Assembly (NCBI GenBank): GCA_025449555.1
Contig: JANWJD010000057.1
Coordinates: 1-59,757 of the forward strand
DNA: 59,757 nt
Direction of reading: 5' to 3'
Source: Chloroflexota bacterium
GTDB taxonomy: Bacteria; Chloroflexota; UBA5177
Both the position numbers and the translations under genes were made by a program. Positions 1-9,137 of the stretch are shown here, piece by piece. A model generated the notes under the pieces. It did no database searches. It was not told where the DNA came from and was given only the letters and a program-made list of their open reading frames with translations. The first letter of the stretch is position 1, and each line of letters starts with the position of its first letter.

Positions 1-1594
1 AACTCCCGCCGTGCAGGTTGTTTCGAAAGACGGAGCATCCTGGGATGCCGTGGGGCACGCCGCCGCGAGCGCCGATGATCGAGTCGCCTCGTATCTCCGC
101 TTGAAACGCGAAGCAGCCACCATGACTCGACGATTCACGACCATCTGCAGTCGCATAGCCCGTTTGGAAGCAGCGCGCGACGTTGCGGGTACCCACCACC
201 GGCAAGCCGAGATCACGGTTGACACGATTCAGACTGAATTTCGGGCTGGTCAGAAACGCTACACGGAACTGGAAGCCAGGCTAGCCGGGCTACAACGACA
301 ACGCCTCGATTTGAAGAACAGGTCTTCTGCGCTCATTGCTGAACTCTCACAATTGGAAGAGTCACAGAGTTCGCTCACCACTGAGTACGCGCGTTGGGAG
401 GTTTCGCAAGGGGAGCTGAACGCCGTAGCACAGGATCTCAAGCGACGAGTGGACGACGCGACTACTAGAGTTGCAGCCGTTCGCTCTACCGTATCCGAAC
501 TCGAACATGAGAGACGGGAGGCGCGGCAAAAGTACGAAGTGGCGCTGGCTACGCTCCATGCGCAGTCGCAACTCCATGCGGCGATTCAATCTGAAAGTAT
601 TCGCCTGCAGAGCGAATTGACGACAGGCACCGCCGACGCAGCGGAAATGGATCGGAACACGCGTCGCTTCGAAGGCGACCTTGCGGCCGGGGTGGAACAG
701 GTGGAACGACTCGATCGACTGCTGACTGAGCATTCAGCCGGTCTCACACAGGCGCGCGCCGCCAGGCCGGCACGACGTATCTCCAGTGAACGAGTACGCG
801 AGGCTCGGGTGGAGGTTTCGAACCTGGTGCGTCAGGATGAGCGGGCGCAAGCGGAAACCCTCAATGCCGGCCACCGGCTCGACGCATTGCGGGCAGAGAT
901 GGCCGACGATCTGCAGGTGGGCCCAACCGACCTACGTCCGTCAGACGCGGAGCCACCGTCGGACGGAGAGGTCAAACGGTTGCGAACGCGCGCCATGCAG
1001 TATGCGGATGCCGATCCCTCGGTTGTGGCGGAGGCGGCCGAACTTGCCGAGCGTCACACCTATTTGCTCAAGCACGTCGACGATTTGCGCGACGCTGGGG
1101 AAACGCTCCGAGTCATGATGGAGGTCGCGGATGACGAGATGCGTACCCAGTTTGACAGAGCATTCGCCTCGGTAAGTGAAGAATTTTCGCGTGTCTTCGA
1201 AGTGATGCTACGCGGGGGCGAGGCCAGGCTCGATCAGCTGGACGGCGGAGGAATCGAAGTGGTTGCCCAGCTCCCGGGCAGGCGAAGTCGATCCAGCTCT
1301 GCCTTCTCGGGCGGTGAGAGGTCCCTCATCGCCTCATCACTGCTCTTTGGCGTCCTTCGAATGCGACCCGCACCATTCTGCGTCCTTGACGAAGTCGACG
1401 CCGCCCTCGATGAGGGAAACGTAGATCGCTATCTGGCGGCGCTCCGGGACATAAGCCTGAAGACGCAAGCCATCGTCGTGACCCACAATCGCGCCACGAT
1501 GGCAGCCGCTGATGTTTTGTACGGACTGACCATGGACTCCGAAGGAACCTCGAAAGTGCTCTCGTTACGACTCGAGGCGCAAGCGGCCGGTTAA
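1..1594 (+). CDS. smc: Chromosome segregation protein SMC, C-terminal part (5' end outside window)
   Basis: Long coiled coil followed by the ABC-head signature FSGGERS, Walker B/D-loop FCVLDEVDAALDEGN and IVVTHN; the frame is open to the window edge. Confidence 0.93.
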   Translation, partial: TPAVQVVSKDGASWDAVGHAAASADDRVASYLRLKREAATMTRRFTTICSRIARLEAARDVAGTHHRQAEITVDTIQTEFRAGQKRYTELEARLAGLQRQRLDLKNRSSALIAELSQLEESQSSLTTEYARWEVSQGELNAVAQDLKRRVDDATTRVAAVRSTVSELEHERREARQKYEVALATLHAQSQLHAAIQSESIRLQSELTTGTADAAEMDRNTRRFEGDLAAGVEQVERLDRLLTEHSAGLTQARAARPARRISSERVREARVEVSNLVRQDERAQAETLNAGHRLDALRAEMADDLQVGPTDLRPSDAEPPSDGEVKRLRTRAMQYADADPSVVAEAAELAERHTYLLKHVDDLRDAGETLRVMMEVADDEMRTQFDRAFASVSEEFSRVFEVMLRGGEARLDQLDGGGIEVVAQLPGRRSRSSSAFSGGERSLIASSLLFGVLRMRPAPFCVLDEVDAALDEGNVDRYLAALRDISLKTQAIVVTHNRATMAAADVLYGLTMDSEGTSKVLSLRLEAQAAG

Positions 1595-1614
1595 GGGTGG
1601 CTTCTCGGCTTTGT

Positions 1615-1836
1615 TTAGACGTTGACGTGTGCGAGAGCGACCGAAATGATCAGAAACGCGAGCGCGACCCCGATGCTGACATTGAACAGGATGCGTTCTG
1701 CTCCACGTCGGGTGTGGAAGACGCTGCCTTCCTGACCGAAGACGCTACCCAGACTGGTGCCGCGCGACTGCATCAGGATCAATGTGATCAGGCTCCCCGC
1801 CAGGATCAATTCGGCGATTCGAAGAGTAGTTTTCAC
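1615..1836 (-). CDS. secG: Preprotein translocase subunit SecG (short form)
   Basis: 73 aa, two TM helices, loop LMQSRGTSLGSVFGQ...HTRRGAERIL; GTG start with TGAGG upstream. Confidence 0.9.
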   Translation of the reverse strand: MKTTLRIAELILAGSLITLILMQSRGTSLGSVFGQEGSVFHTRRGAERILFNVSIGVALAFLIISVALAHVNV

Positions 1837-1884
1837 AGAAGTGCGTGCCTCATGCTAGAAAAATGCCCGTCTGGCGGGCCTACG

Positions 1885-1893
1885 AGTATACCA
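1885..1893 (-). promoter_or_regulatory. Candidate extended -10 promoter (TGG-TATACT) for secG
   Basis: Minus strand reads gTGGTATACT about 50 nt upstream of the secG start; motif match only. Confidence 0.45.
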
Positions 1894-2013
1894 CGGTGGG
1901 CACGTACCTTCGGTCGATTCGTCAAGGACAAGGCGCGAGGTAGCATGTGAAGTGACGTCCGGTCGACACGACCTTCAAGTCTCAAGCGTAAAAGTCCCTG
2001 ACGGGGAGCGTGA

Positions 2014-2739
2014 ATGGAAACAGGACCTGACCAAAATACACCAATGTATGAAAGACCCGACCTCGTATTCCTCCTCGACGTCGACAACACTCTGCTTGAC
2101 AATGACGCACTGAAAGTGGAGATCTCTTCTCGCATCGAGGCCACGGTCGGCAAACAGCCGGCGGAACGCTTCTGGACGATCTATGAGGAGGTACGCCAGG
2201 AAGAGGAGTACGTCGATTACCCGGAGACGCTGTCCCGCTTCGTTGCTGAGTGCGGTGCGTCGGCCAGAGGCGATCGGGTGCAGGAAATCCTCGACACACT
2301 GTCGTTCGCGCGGTTTCTCTACCCGGGCGTCATGGAAACGCTGCAGTACTTGTGGACTCTGGGCACGGTGACGATTCTCTCGGATGGCGACCAGGTGTTC
2401 CAGCGACAAAAAATCCGAAAGAGTGGGCTCGAGGATGCGGTCAAAGGCAACGTGATGATCTACATCCATAAGGAAGATCATCTTTCAGAAATATTTGCCC
2501 GATATCCCGCCAAGCATTACGTGATCGTGGACGACAAGGCGCGAATCCTCTCCCTCCTGGAAGCGACCGGGCCAGAGACATTTACCACCGTGTTCGTGCT
2601 CCAGGGCCATTACTCGCGAGAAGTCGGATTCCAGCCGCCGCCGGATGTCGTCATCCAGCACATCTCGGATCTGAGATCGTTCTCCAAAGAACAGTTCCTG
2701 CATCCGACCCGGCGAGTACGATCCCCTCTAAATTCCTAG
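2014..2739 (+). CDS. HAD-family hydrolase
   Basis: Motif I LDVDNTLLD, motif II ILSDGD, motif IV IVDDK; GGGGAG upstream of ATG. Confidence 0.8.
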   Translation: METGPDQNTPMYERPDLVFLLDVDNTLLDNDALKVEISSRIEATVGKQPAERFWTIYEEVRQEEEYVDYPETLSRFVAECGASARGDRVQEILDTLSFARFLYPGVMETLQYLWTLGTVTILSDGDQVFQRQKIRKSGLEDAVKGNVMIYIHKEDHLSEIFARYPAKHYVIVDDKARILSLLEATGPETFTTVFVLQGHYSREVGFQPPPDVVIQHISDLRSFSKEQFLHPTRRVRSPLNS

Positions 2740-2982
2740 AAACCACAACGCGGCGATGACCAGGAACGCTCCTGCAAGATCCGGGGCGAGCCGCAGATCA
2801 CCGAACCGAGTAAAATTCCAACCCAACACCTCAGCTGCGGCTTCCGCTCCCAAGATCCCAATCAGCACGACGAACCAATAACCGAGAATCCGCCAGCCAA
2901 AGCGACGGCTGAGGAGCTGGTAAATCAGGGCAATGGTCAAAGCGCCCACGATCGCCAATACGAGCCAGGGAGGCAGCGTCAC
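2728..2982 (-). CDS. Small multi-TM hypothetical membrane protein
   Basis: 84 aa, about three hydrophobic segments; start overlaps the S41 peptidase stop (GTGA), suggesting translational coupling. Confidence 0.7.
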   Translation of the reverse strand: MTLPPWLVLAIVGALTIALIYQLLSRRFGWRILGYWFVVLIGILGAEAAAEVLGWNFTRFGDLRLAPDLAGAFLVIAALWFLGI

Positions 2983-4169
2983 TGCGCCTTTTTGACGAGA
3001 TATCGCTCAGCCGCGGTAAGCTGCGGATCGTCGCTGCCGCCGGATACTACGCCCGTCTCGGCCACATAAATGTCCGGCTTGATGCCGACGTTGCCGATCG
3101 AGCGCTTATCCGGCGTGAGCCAGAGCCGGTCGGTAATTCGGATACTCGATCCATCGGCGAGAGAGTACACGCTTTGCATCGAGCCCTTGCCATACGTGCG
3201 CGTGCCGATCAGTTCCGCTCGATGGTTGTCGCGTAAAGCGGCAGCAGTGATCTCGGCGGCACTGGCACTGTCGGCGTCGACCAGAATCGCCAGGGGCACG
3301 TGAGGAGCCTGCTTGCTGGGGAGCACGGGCAACGCCTGAAGTTGGTGGTTGGTCCCTTCTTCGTATGCAACCGTCCCATGCGTGAGGAACTGGCTCACCA
3401 CTCTCTGTGCCGCGTCGACGTAGCCACCCGGATTGCCGCGGAGATCGAGGATAATGCCGCGCAAGCGATGGGTCGTCAACTGCGCCAGAGCCTGCGCGAC
3501 CTCAGCATTGGTGGTATCTCCGAAGCTCAAGATCTGTATGTACCCGAGGTCGTGGGGCAATATGCGACCGTACGCGGTGATGGCGGGTATCTGTGCCCGT
3601 TTGACACGCACGCTGAACGGCCGGCTGTGACCACGCACCACCGTTAGCACCACAGTTGACCCGGTGCGGCCATGAATCCTGGCTATTGCAGCGTCCCCGC
3701 TCATGCTCGATACGGAAACTCCACCGATCCTGGTAACCAGGTCATTTGCTTTCAGTCCAGCCTGCGTGGCCGGTGTGTGAGGAAGCGGTGCCACGATCTG
3801 CAAATCGCCGTGATACGGCACGACGATGGCTCCTATGCCGCTGAAGTTCGACCCGTTCAATTGATGATCGGCGGCCTGGTTTTGAGGAGGTGAGAGGAAA
3901 AGCGTGTGGGGATCACCGGTTGCGGCCAGCATACCGTCAATAGCGGCGTACACCAGGTGATGCGCGTCGAACGGTCGGAAATAAGAGCGTTGAGTGACGA
4001 GGTGGTAGGCGTATAAAAATTCGCGCACGTTCGGGTCGGATGTGTCGGCGGACGAAGCAACTCGTCGCTGCTCGACGGCAGCTCCCGCAACAAACCCAAC
4101 CGCGAAGATGATGGAGAGCAGAGCGCCGATCGCAAAACCGAGAAAGAGGCCGCCGCGTCGCGCATTCAT
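2979..4169 (-). CDS. S41-family carboxyl-terminal processing peptidase with PDZ domain
   Basis: N-terminal TM anchor; GDPHT, FSGIG (PDZ), ILDLRGNPGG, catalytic SASAAE and TYGKG motifs. Confidence 0.9.
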   Translation of the reverse strand: MNARRGGLFLGFAIGALLSIIFAVGFVAGAAVEQRRVASSADTSDPNVREFLYAYHLVTQRSYFRPFDAHHLVYAAIDGMLAATGDPHTLFLSPPQNQAADHQLNGSNFSGIGAIVVPYHGDLQIVAPLPHTPATQAGLKANDLVTRIGGVSVSSMSGDAAIARIHGRTGSTVVLTVVRGHSRPFSVRVKRAQIPAITAYGRILPHDLGYIQILSFGDTTNAEVAQALAQLTTHRLRGIILDLRGNPGGYVDAAQRVVSQFLTHGTVAYEEGTNHQLQALPVLPSKQAPHVPLAILVDADSASAAEITAAALRDNHRAELIGTRTYGKGSMQSVYSLADGSSIRITDRLWLTPDKRSIGNVGIKPDIYVAETGVVSGGSDDPQLTAAERYLVKKAQ

Positions 4170-4207
4170 GCTGTGATTGTATCCGTGAGGGCGTGAAACA
4201 TGCGTCC

Positions 4208-5333
4208 CTATGCTTCCTGGGCTAGCGAAACGTCAGAATACGGGTTCGCGCGCAGATATGCTTCGATGAAGGGATCTAAATCACCGTTCAGCACCGCAGT
4301 CGTATTGCTGGTCTCGTGCTGGGTGCGCAGATCTTTGACCATGTTATATGGATGTAAGACGTAGGATCGAATCTGATTCCCCCAACCGGCGGCCACGTGC
4401 TCGCCCTTCAAACGGGCTTGCTCCGATTCGCGTTCCTCCAGTTGGCGCTCCAGCAATTTCGCCGCGAGAATCCTCATGGCGACCTCACGATTCTGCAGTT
4501 GGGATCGCTCGTTCTGGCAGGTGACCACGATTCCGGTGGGAAGATGCGTCAGACGCACCGCCGAATCTGTCTTGTTGACGTGCTGTCCGCCCGCCCCCGA
4601 CGAGCGATACGTATCGACCCGTAGATCGTCCGGACTGATGGTAATGGCATCGTCAGCTTCCTCAATCTCGGGCAAAACCTCCACCAGAGCAAAACTGGTA
4701 TGGCGCCGGTGAGCCGAGTCGTAGGGTGACAGCCGCACCAATCGATGGACCCCGCGTTCCCCGCGTAGGTGGCCATAGACGTACGGTCCGTCGATTTGCA
4801 GCGTGGCACTCTTGATACCCGCTTCCTCGCCCTCTGAGCGCTCCAGTATCTGTACGGCGAATTTATGCTGCTCGGCCCAACGGATGTACATCCGGAGAAG
4901 CATGTCTGCCCAATCCTGGGATTCGGTGCCTCCCGCACCGGCATGCACCGACACAATCGCGCCGTTTTCTGCGTACTCGCCGGAAAGTAGCGTCTGGAAT
5001 TCGAGCCGGTCAACGTGCTCCTGGATGCCTTCCAGATCACGTTCTACCTCGGTAATGACGGCGGCATCGTTCTCCTCCGCCGCCAACTCGAGGAGGTCCT
5101 GCGCCCCGATAGCGTCATTCGAGAGCTGCTGCCACTCATCCACGCGAGTCTTGAGCATGGTGAGCCGGTGCATCTTCTTGCCGGCTGCCTTCGGATTGTC
5201 CCAGAAATCCTGGGCCGCGCTCACTTCTTCGAGCGAGGCTATTTCTCGCTGCGCACCAGCAACGTCAAAGATGCACCTTTAGATTGGCAAGGCGAGTCAA
5301 GAGATCGTCGAGCGCCGATCGAATGTCTTCCAT
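4208..5333 (-). CDS. prfB: Peptide chain release factor 2, translated via programmed +1 frameshift (about 374 aa)
   Basis: ORF1 ATG at 5333 gives MEDIRSALDDLLTRLANLKVHL, then CTT-TGA-C at 5270-5264; the +1 frame continues DVAGAQREIASLEE...DFWDNP; SP(Y) and GGQ motifs present. Confidence 0.95.
5264..5280 (-). promoter_or_regulatory. prfB programmed +1 ribosomal frameshift signal
   Basis: AAAGGTG-CAT-CTT-TGA-C: internal SD-like element, slippery CTT and UGA stop. Confidence 0.92.
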
Positions 5334-5335
5334 TG

Positions 5336-7978
5336 TTATGTACGTCCATGACAGTGTTTGTATTTTTTTCCGCTTCCGCAGAAGCAGGGTTCGTTGCGGC
5401 CGATCTTACCGCCCGGAGTCACCCTGGCTGGGGTTTTTGCGCGCTTGGAATGCGCGGCGGCTGCTTGCGCGGTCTGTTGTGTCGCCTGACCGTTCTGGGC
5501 ATGCGCGCCGTTTCCATTCGACGCCTGGTCGGTCGGTACGATCGTGGCTTCTTGCAGGATCAACGCCGCGGTCGGTTGGAACAATAGGTGATAAATCTGG
5601 TGCACCACGTTCTGACGGAACACACGCTGGAACTGCTGGAACATGTCGAAACCTTGCCGCTTGTAGGCTACCAGGGGATCTTGCTGGCCGAACGCCTGCA
5701 GCATGGCAGCTTCGCGCAATTCGTCCATGGCGTCCACATGATTGATCCACAGTCCACTCAGGGTGACCAGGAGAACGCGTCGCTCCCAGGCTCGCACCAC
5801 GTCGGGCGTGAGCGTCACTTCTCGTTCCTCATAGGTCGCGTGCGCCGCATCCATCAACGTGTCGGCCAGTTCGTCTTGCGAGTACGCTTCCATGGCCTCC
5901 GGGGTCAAGTCCGGCGACAACGGCATGATCGTCCCAATTGAGTTGTAGAGGTTGATGGTGTCCCATTCCTCAGAGTGCGGACCGGCGCAGTTGGAATCGA
6001 CCAACTCCGCCATCTCTTCCTCGATGAGTTGCATGATGATGTCCCGCACGTCCTCGCCGCGCAAGATGCGATTGCGATCCTCATACACGATGCTGCGCTG
6101 CTTGGCGAGCACGTCGTCATACTCCACCAGATGCTTCCGATAGTCGAAGTTCATCCCCTCAACCTTCGTCTGCGCCTGCTCGATCGTGCGAGTCACAAGC
6201 TTGTGTTCGAGTGGTTCGTCGCCGTCCATGCCGAATCGTTCGAGGATGGTCTTGACGCGCGGACCGACGAATCGGCTCATAAGCTCATCTTCCAGGGACA
6301 GGTAGAAGCGCGAGAACCCAGGGTCTCCTTGACGGCCGGACCGTCCTCGCAACTGGTTATCGATTCGCCGTGACTCGTGCCGTTCCGTGCCGATCACGGC
6401 AAGCCCACCGAGCTCCGTCACGCCCTCGCCCAGAATGATATCGACGCCGCGACCGGCCATGTTGGTAGCGACAGTGACGGCGCCCGGGCGCCCGGCTTCC
6501 GAGATAATTGCCGCTTCACGTTCGTGCTGCTTGGCGTTGAGGACGCGATGATCGATCCCGGCTCGATCCAACAGTCGGGACAGTTCCTCATTCTTTTCGA
6601 TCGAGGTCGTGCCGATAAGAACCGGCTGCCCATTATCATGGCGCTGCTTTACCTCGTCGACGATTGCTTTTACCTTGGCTCCTTCGTCCCGGAAGACGAG
6701 ATCCGGCAGATCCGCGCGCACCATGGGTCGGTGTGTTGGAATCGCCACCACATCGAGTCCGTATATCTTGTGAAACTCCTCCGCTTCGGTTTCGGCGGTA
6801 CCGGTCATGCCGGCCAGCTTGCCGTACATACGAAAGTAATTTTGCAACGTGACGGTCGCATGCGTCACATTCTCGCGCTGAATGTTGAGCCGTTCCTTGG
6901 CTTCCACTGCCTGGTGCAGTCCATCGCTCCAGCGCCGTCCCTGCATCATGCGCCCCGTGAATTCGTCGACGATCACAACTTCGCCATCCTGCACGACGTA
7001 GTCTTTGTCTCGTTGGTACAGCACGTGCGCGCGTACCGCCTGCTCCATATAGTTGACGAGCTGGAAGTTGTTCTCGTCGTACAGGTTTTGCACGCCGATG
7101 AGCCGCTCGAGCTTCGCTATGCCGTCGTCCGTGAGTGACACGGTGCGAGATTTTTGGTCCACCGTATAGTCGGACTCCGGTTGAAGCCGCGGCGCCACGT
7201 GCGCGAACTTGCGGTACATCTCGGATGACTCTTCCGCCTCGCCACTGATGATCAGCGGCGTCCGGGCCTCGTCAATCAAAATGTTGTCTACTTCGTCGAC
7301 GATCGCATAGTAATGTTCACGCTGTACGGTGTCCTCGAGATCCAGGGCCAGGTTGTCCCGTAGATAATCGAAACCGAATTCGCTGTTGGTTCCATAGGTA
7401 ATGTCGCAACGATACGCCGCCCGTCGCTCGATCGGACGCAAATGTTGAAGCCGTTCGTCGCTCGCCTGGTCGTTCAGGAAGTCGGCATCGAATTGCAATG
7501 ACATGTCGCCGGCGATGGCAGAAGTGGTCATATCCAGCGCGGCGAAAACGCGCCCCATCCAACCCGCGTCACGTCTCACCAGATAATCGTTCACTGTGAC
7601 CAGATGACACCCTTTACCGGCCAGGGCATTGAGGTACAACGCCGTCGTGGCGACAAGAGTCTTGCCCTCGCCGGTCTTGATTTCTGCGATTTTGCCCTGA
7701 TGGAGGACGATGCCGCCCAGGAGCTGGACGTCATAATGGCGTTGACCTAGGGTTCGCTTGGCCGCCTCTCGGACGGCTGCGAACGCCTCCACCATCAAAT
7801 CCTCCAGCGTGTCACCCGCGGACAGCCGCTCTTTGAAGGAAGACGTCTTGGCGCGCAGTTCATCGTCCGACAGCGCTTCGAATTCCGACTCCAGGTCGGT
7901 CATCTCGTCGACATAGGTCTGTAGCCGGCTTAAAAGTCGCTGATTCGGGTCTGTAACAAGTTTCGAAAATAGGCCCAT
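5336..7978 (-). CDS. secA: Preprotein translocase ATPase SecA
   Basis: GEGKT Walker A, IVDEVD, TNMAGRGVDI, QLRGRSGRQGDPG, C-terminal SEC-C GRNEPCFCGSGKKYKHCHG. ATG 7978 preferred over the ORF-track TTG 7996 (GGAG upstream). Confidence 0.97.
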   Translation of the reverse strand: MGLFSKLVTDPNQRLLSRLQTYVDEMTDLESEFEALSDDELRAKTSSFKERLSAGDTLEDLMVEAFAAVREAAKRTLGQRHYDVQLLGGIVLHQGKIAEIKTGEGKTLVATTALYLNALAGKGCHLVTVNDYLVRRDAGWMGRVFAALDMTTSAIAGDMSLQFDADFLNDQASDERLQHLRPIERRAAYRCDITYGTNSEFGFDYLRDNLALDLEDTVQREHYYAIVDEVDNILIDEARTPLIISGEAEESSEMYRKFAHVAPRLQPESDYTVDQKSRTVSLTDDGIAKLERLIGVQNLYDENNFQLVNYMEQAVRAHVLYQRDKDYVVQDGEVVIVDEFTGRMMQGRRWSDGLHQAVEAKERLNIQRENVTHATVTLQNYFRMYGKLAGMTGTAETEAEEFHKIYGLDVVAIPTHRPMVRADLPDLVFRDEGAKVKAIVDEVKQRHDNGQPVLIGTTSIEKNEELSRLLDRAGIDHRVLNAKQHEREAAIISEAGRPGAVTVATNMAGRGVDIILGEGVTELGGLAVIGTERHESRRIDNQLRGRSGRQGDPGFSRFYLSLEDELMSRFVGPRVKTILERFGMDGDEPLEHKLVTRTIEQAQTKVEGMNFDYRKHLVEYDDVLAKQRSIVYEDRNRILRGEDVRDIIMQLIEEEMAELVDSNCAGPHSEEWDTINLYNSIGTIMPLSPDLTPEAMEAYSQDELADTLMDAAHATYEEREVTLTPDVVRAWERRVLLVTLSGLWINHVDAMDELREAAMLQAFGQQDPLVAYKRQGFDMFQQFQRVFRQNVVHQIYHLLFQPTAALILQEATIVPTDQASNGNGAHAQNGQATQQTAQAAAAHSKRAKTPARVTPGGKIGRNEPCFCGSGKKYKHCHGRT

Positions 7979-8141
7979 GCCTGATGATTTCTCCAAATAC
8001 TACGTATCGCCGCCCACCGGCCAGTACGGCCCGCACGGACGGCGACTCTCACGCAGTTTAGCATAGTCCTGAGCCGGGCCAACAGTGCGTTTCGTCTCAT
8101 GTGGTAGGCGGCATGTGTACCCTGGAGAGCGGTTGAAATCG

Positions 8142-9137
8142 ATGTCTGAAGAGCCTTCGGAAGGCAGTCGACCGTCACCGGTCGGATCGGTAGTGGCCCT
8201 GCTTGGGCCTACCGCAGTCGGCAAGAGTCGACACGCGCTCGAGCTGTGCCAGGAGTTCGGCGGCGTCATCCTGAGTGCCGACTCTCGGCAGGTCTATCGG
8301 TACATGGATATCGGCACGGACAAGCCGACGCCGGCGGATCGTGCCCTGGTGTCGCACTATATGCTCGATGTAATCGAGCCCGCGGAAACCTATTCAGCCC
8401 AGCGATTCGCACGTGAAGCGGAAAGTGTCCTGAAGGCTATGGAGTTCCAGCGCCGGCCGATCTTCGTGGTCGGAGGATCGGGGTTCTATGTCTCCGTTCT
8501 CCTCGATCGGCGCTCGATGCCGTCGGTGTCGCCGGATCCCGCACTTCGAGCTCAGTTGCGCGCCGAAGCGAAGCTCATTGGTGCCCCGGAGTTGCACGCC
8601 CGGCTCCATGCAGTCGATCCGTTCTCAGCCTCACGCATTCACCCCCATAACCTTCCTCGCATTATCCGCGCGCTCGAAATTGTGGATCGCACCGGCAGAC
8701 CCGTGCCGGCAGAACCAGAGAGTCCTCCCATTCCTGCCCTGTATCTTGGCCTTGAGATGGAAAGGTCGGCTCTGCACCGCATAGCCGACCAGAGGATCGA
8801 CCGGCAGATGCAGCTGGGCTTGGTGCAGGAGGTCGAGATGCTGTTCACCATGGGCTATGTGCCCACGTTGCCGGCGCTGGACGGGCTCGGATATCGGCAG
8901 ATGATTCAATATCTGCATGGGGAGGTATCACGCGAGCAGGCGATGGAGCGGTACAGGGTCGCGACACATCAGTACATCCGGCGGCAGCTCACCTGGTTCC
9001 GTCGAGACCGCCGGATCGAATGGGTGCAGGTTAATCAGTCGACGGGATCAATCCTACGAGACCGGGTCCAACGCCATCTGACTACGGTTTCGGAGCCTGC
9101 TTCGTCGGGGGGCGATGAACTGCGCGCTGAAGTGTAG
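8142..9137 (+). CDS. miaA: tRNA dimethylallyltransferase
   Basis: GPTAVGKS P-loop, DSRQVYRYMDIGTDKP, VGGSGFY, YIRRQLTWF; ATG 8142 preferred over 8085. Confidence 0.95.
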   Translation: MSEEPSEGSRPSPVGSVVALLGPTAVGKSRHALELCQEFGGVILSADSRQVYRYMDIGTDKPTPADRALVSHYMLDVIEPAETYSAQRFAREAESVLKAMEFQRRPIFVVGGSGFYVSVLLDRRSMPSVSPDPALRAQLRAEAKLIGAPELHARLHAVDPFSASRIHPHNLPRIIRALEIVDRTGRPVPAEPESPPIPALYLGLEMERSALHRIADQRIDRQMQLGLVQEVEMLFTMGYVPTLPALDGLGYRQMIQYLHGEVSREQAMERYRVATHQYIRRQLTWFRRDRRIEWVQVNQSTGSILRDRVQRHLTTVSEPASSGGDELRAEV

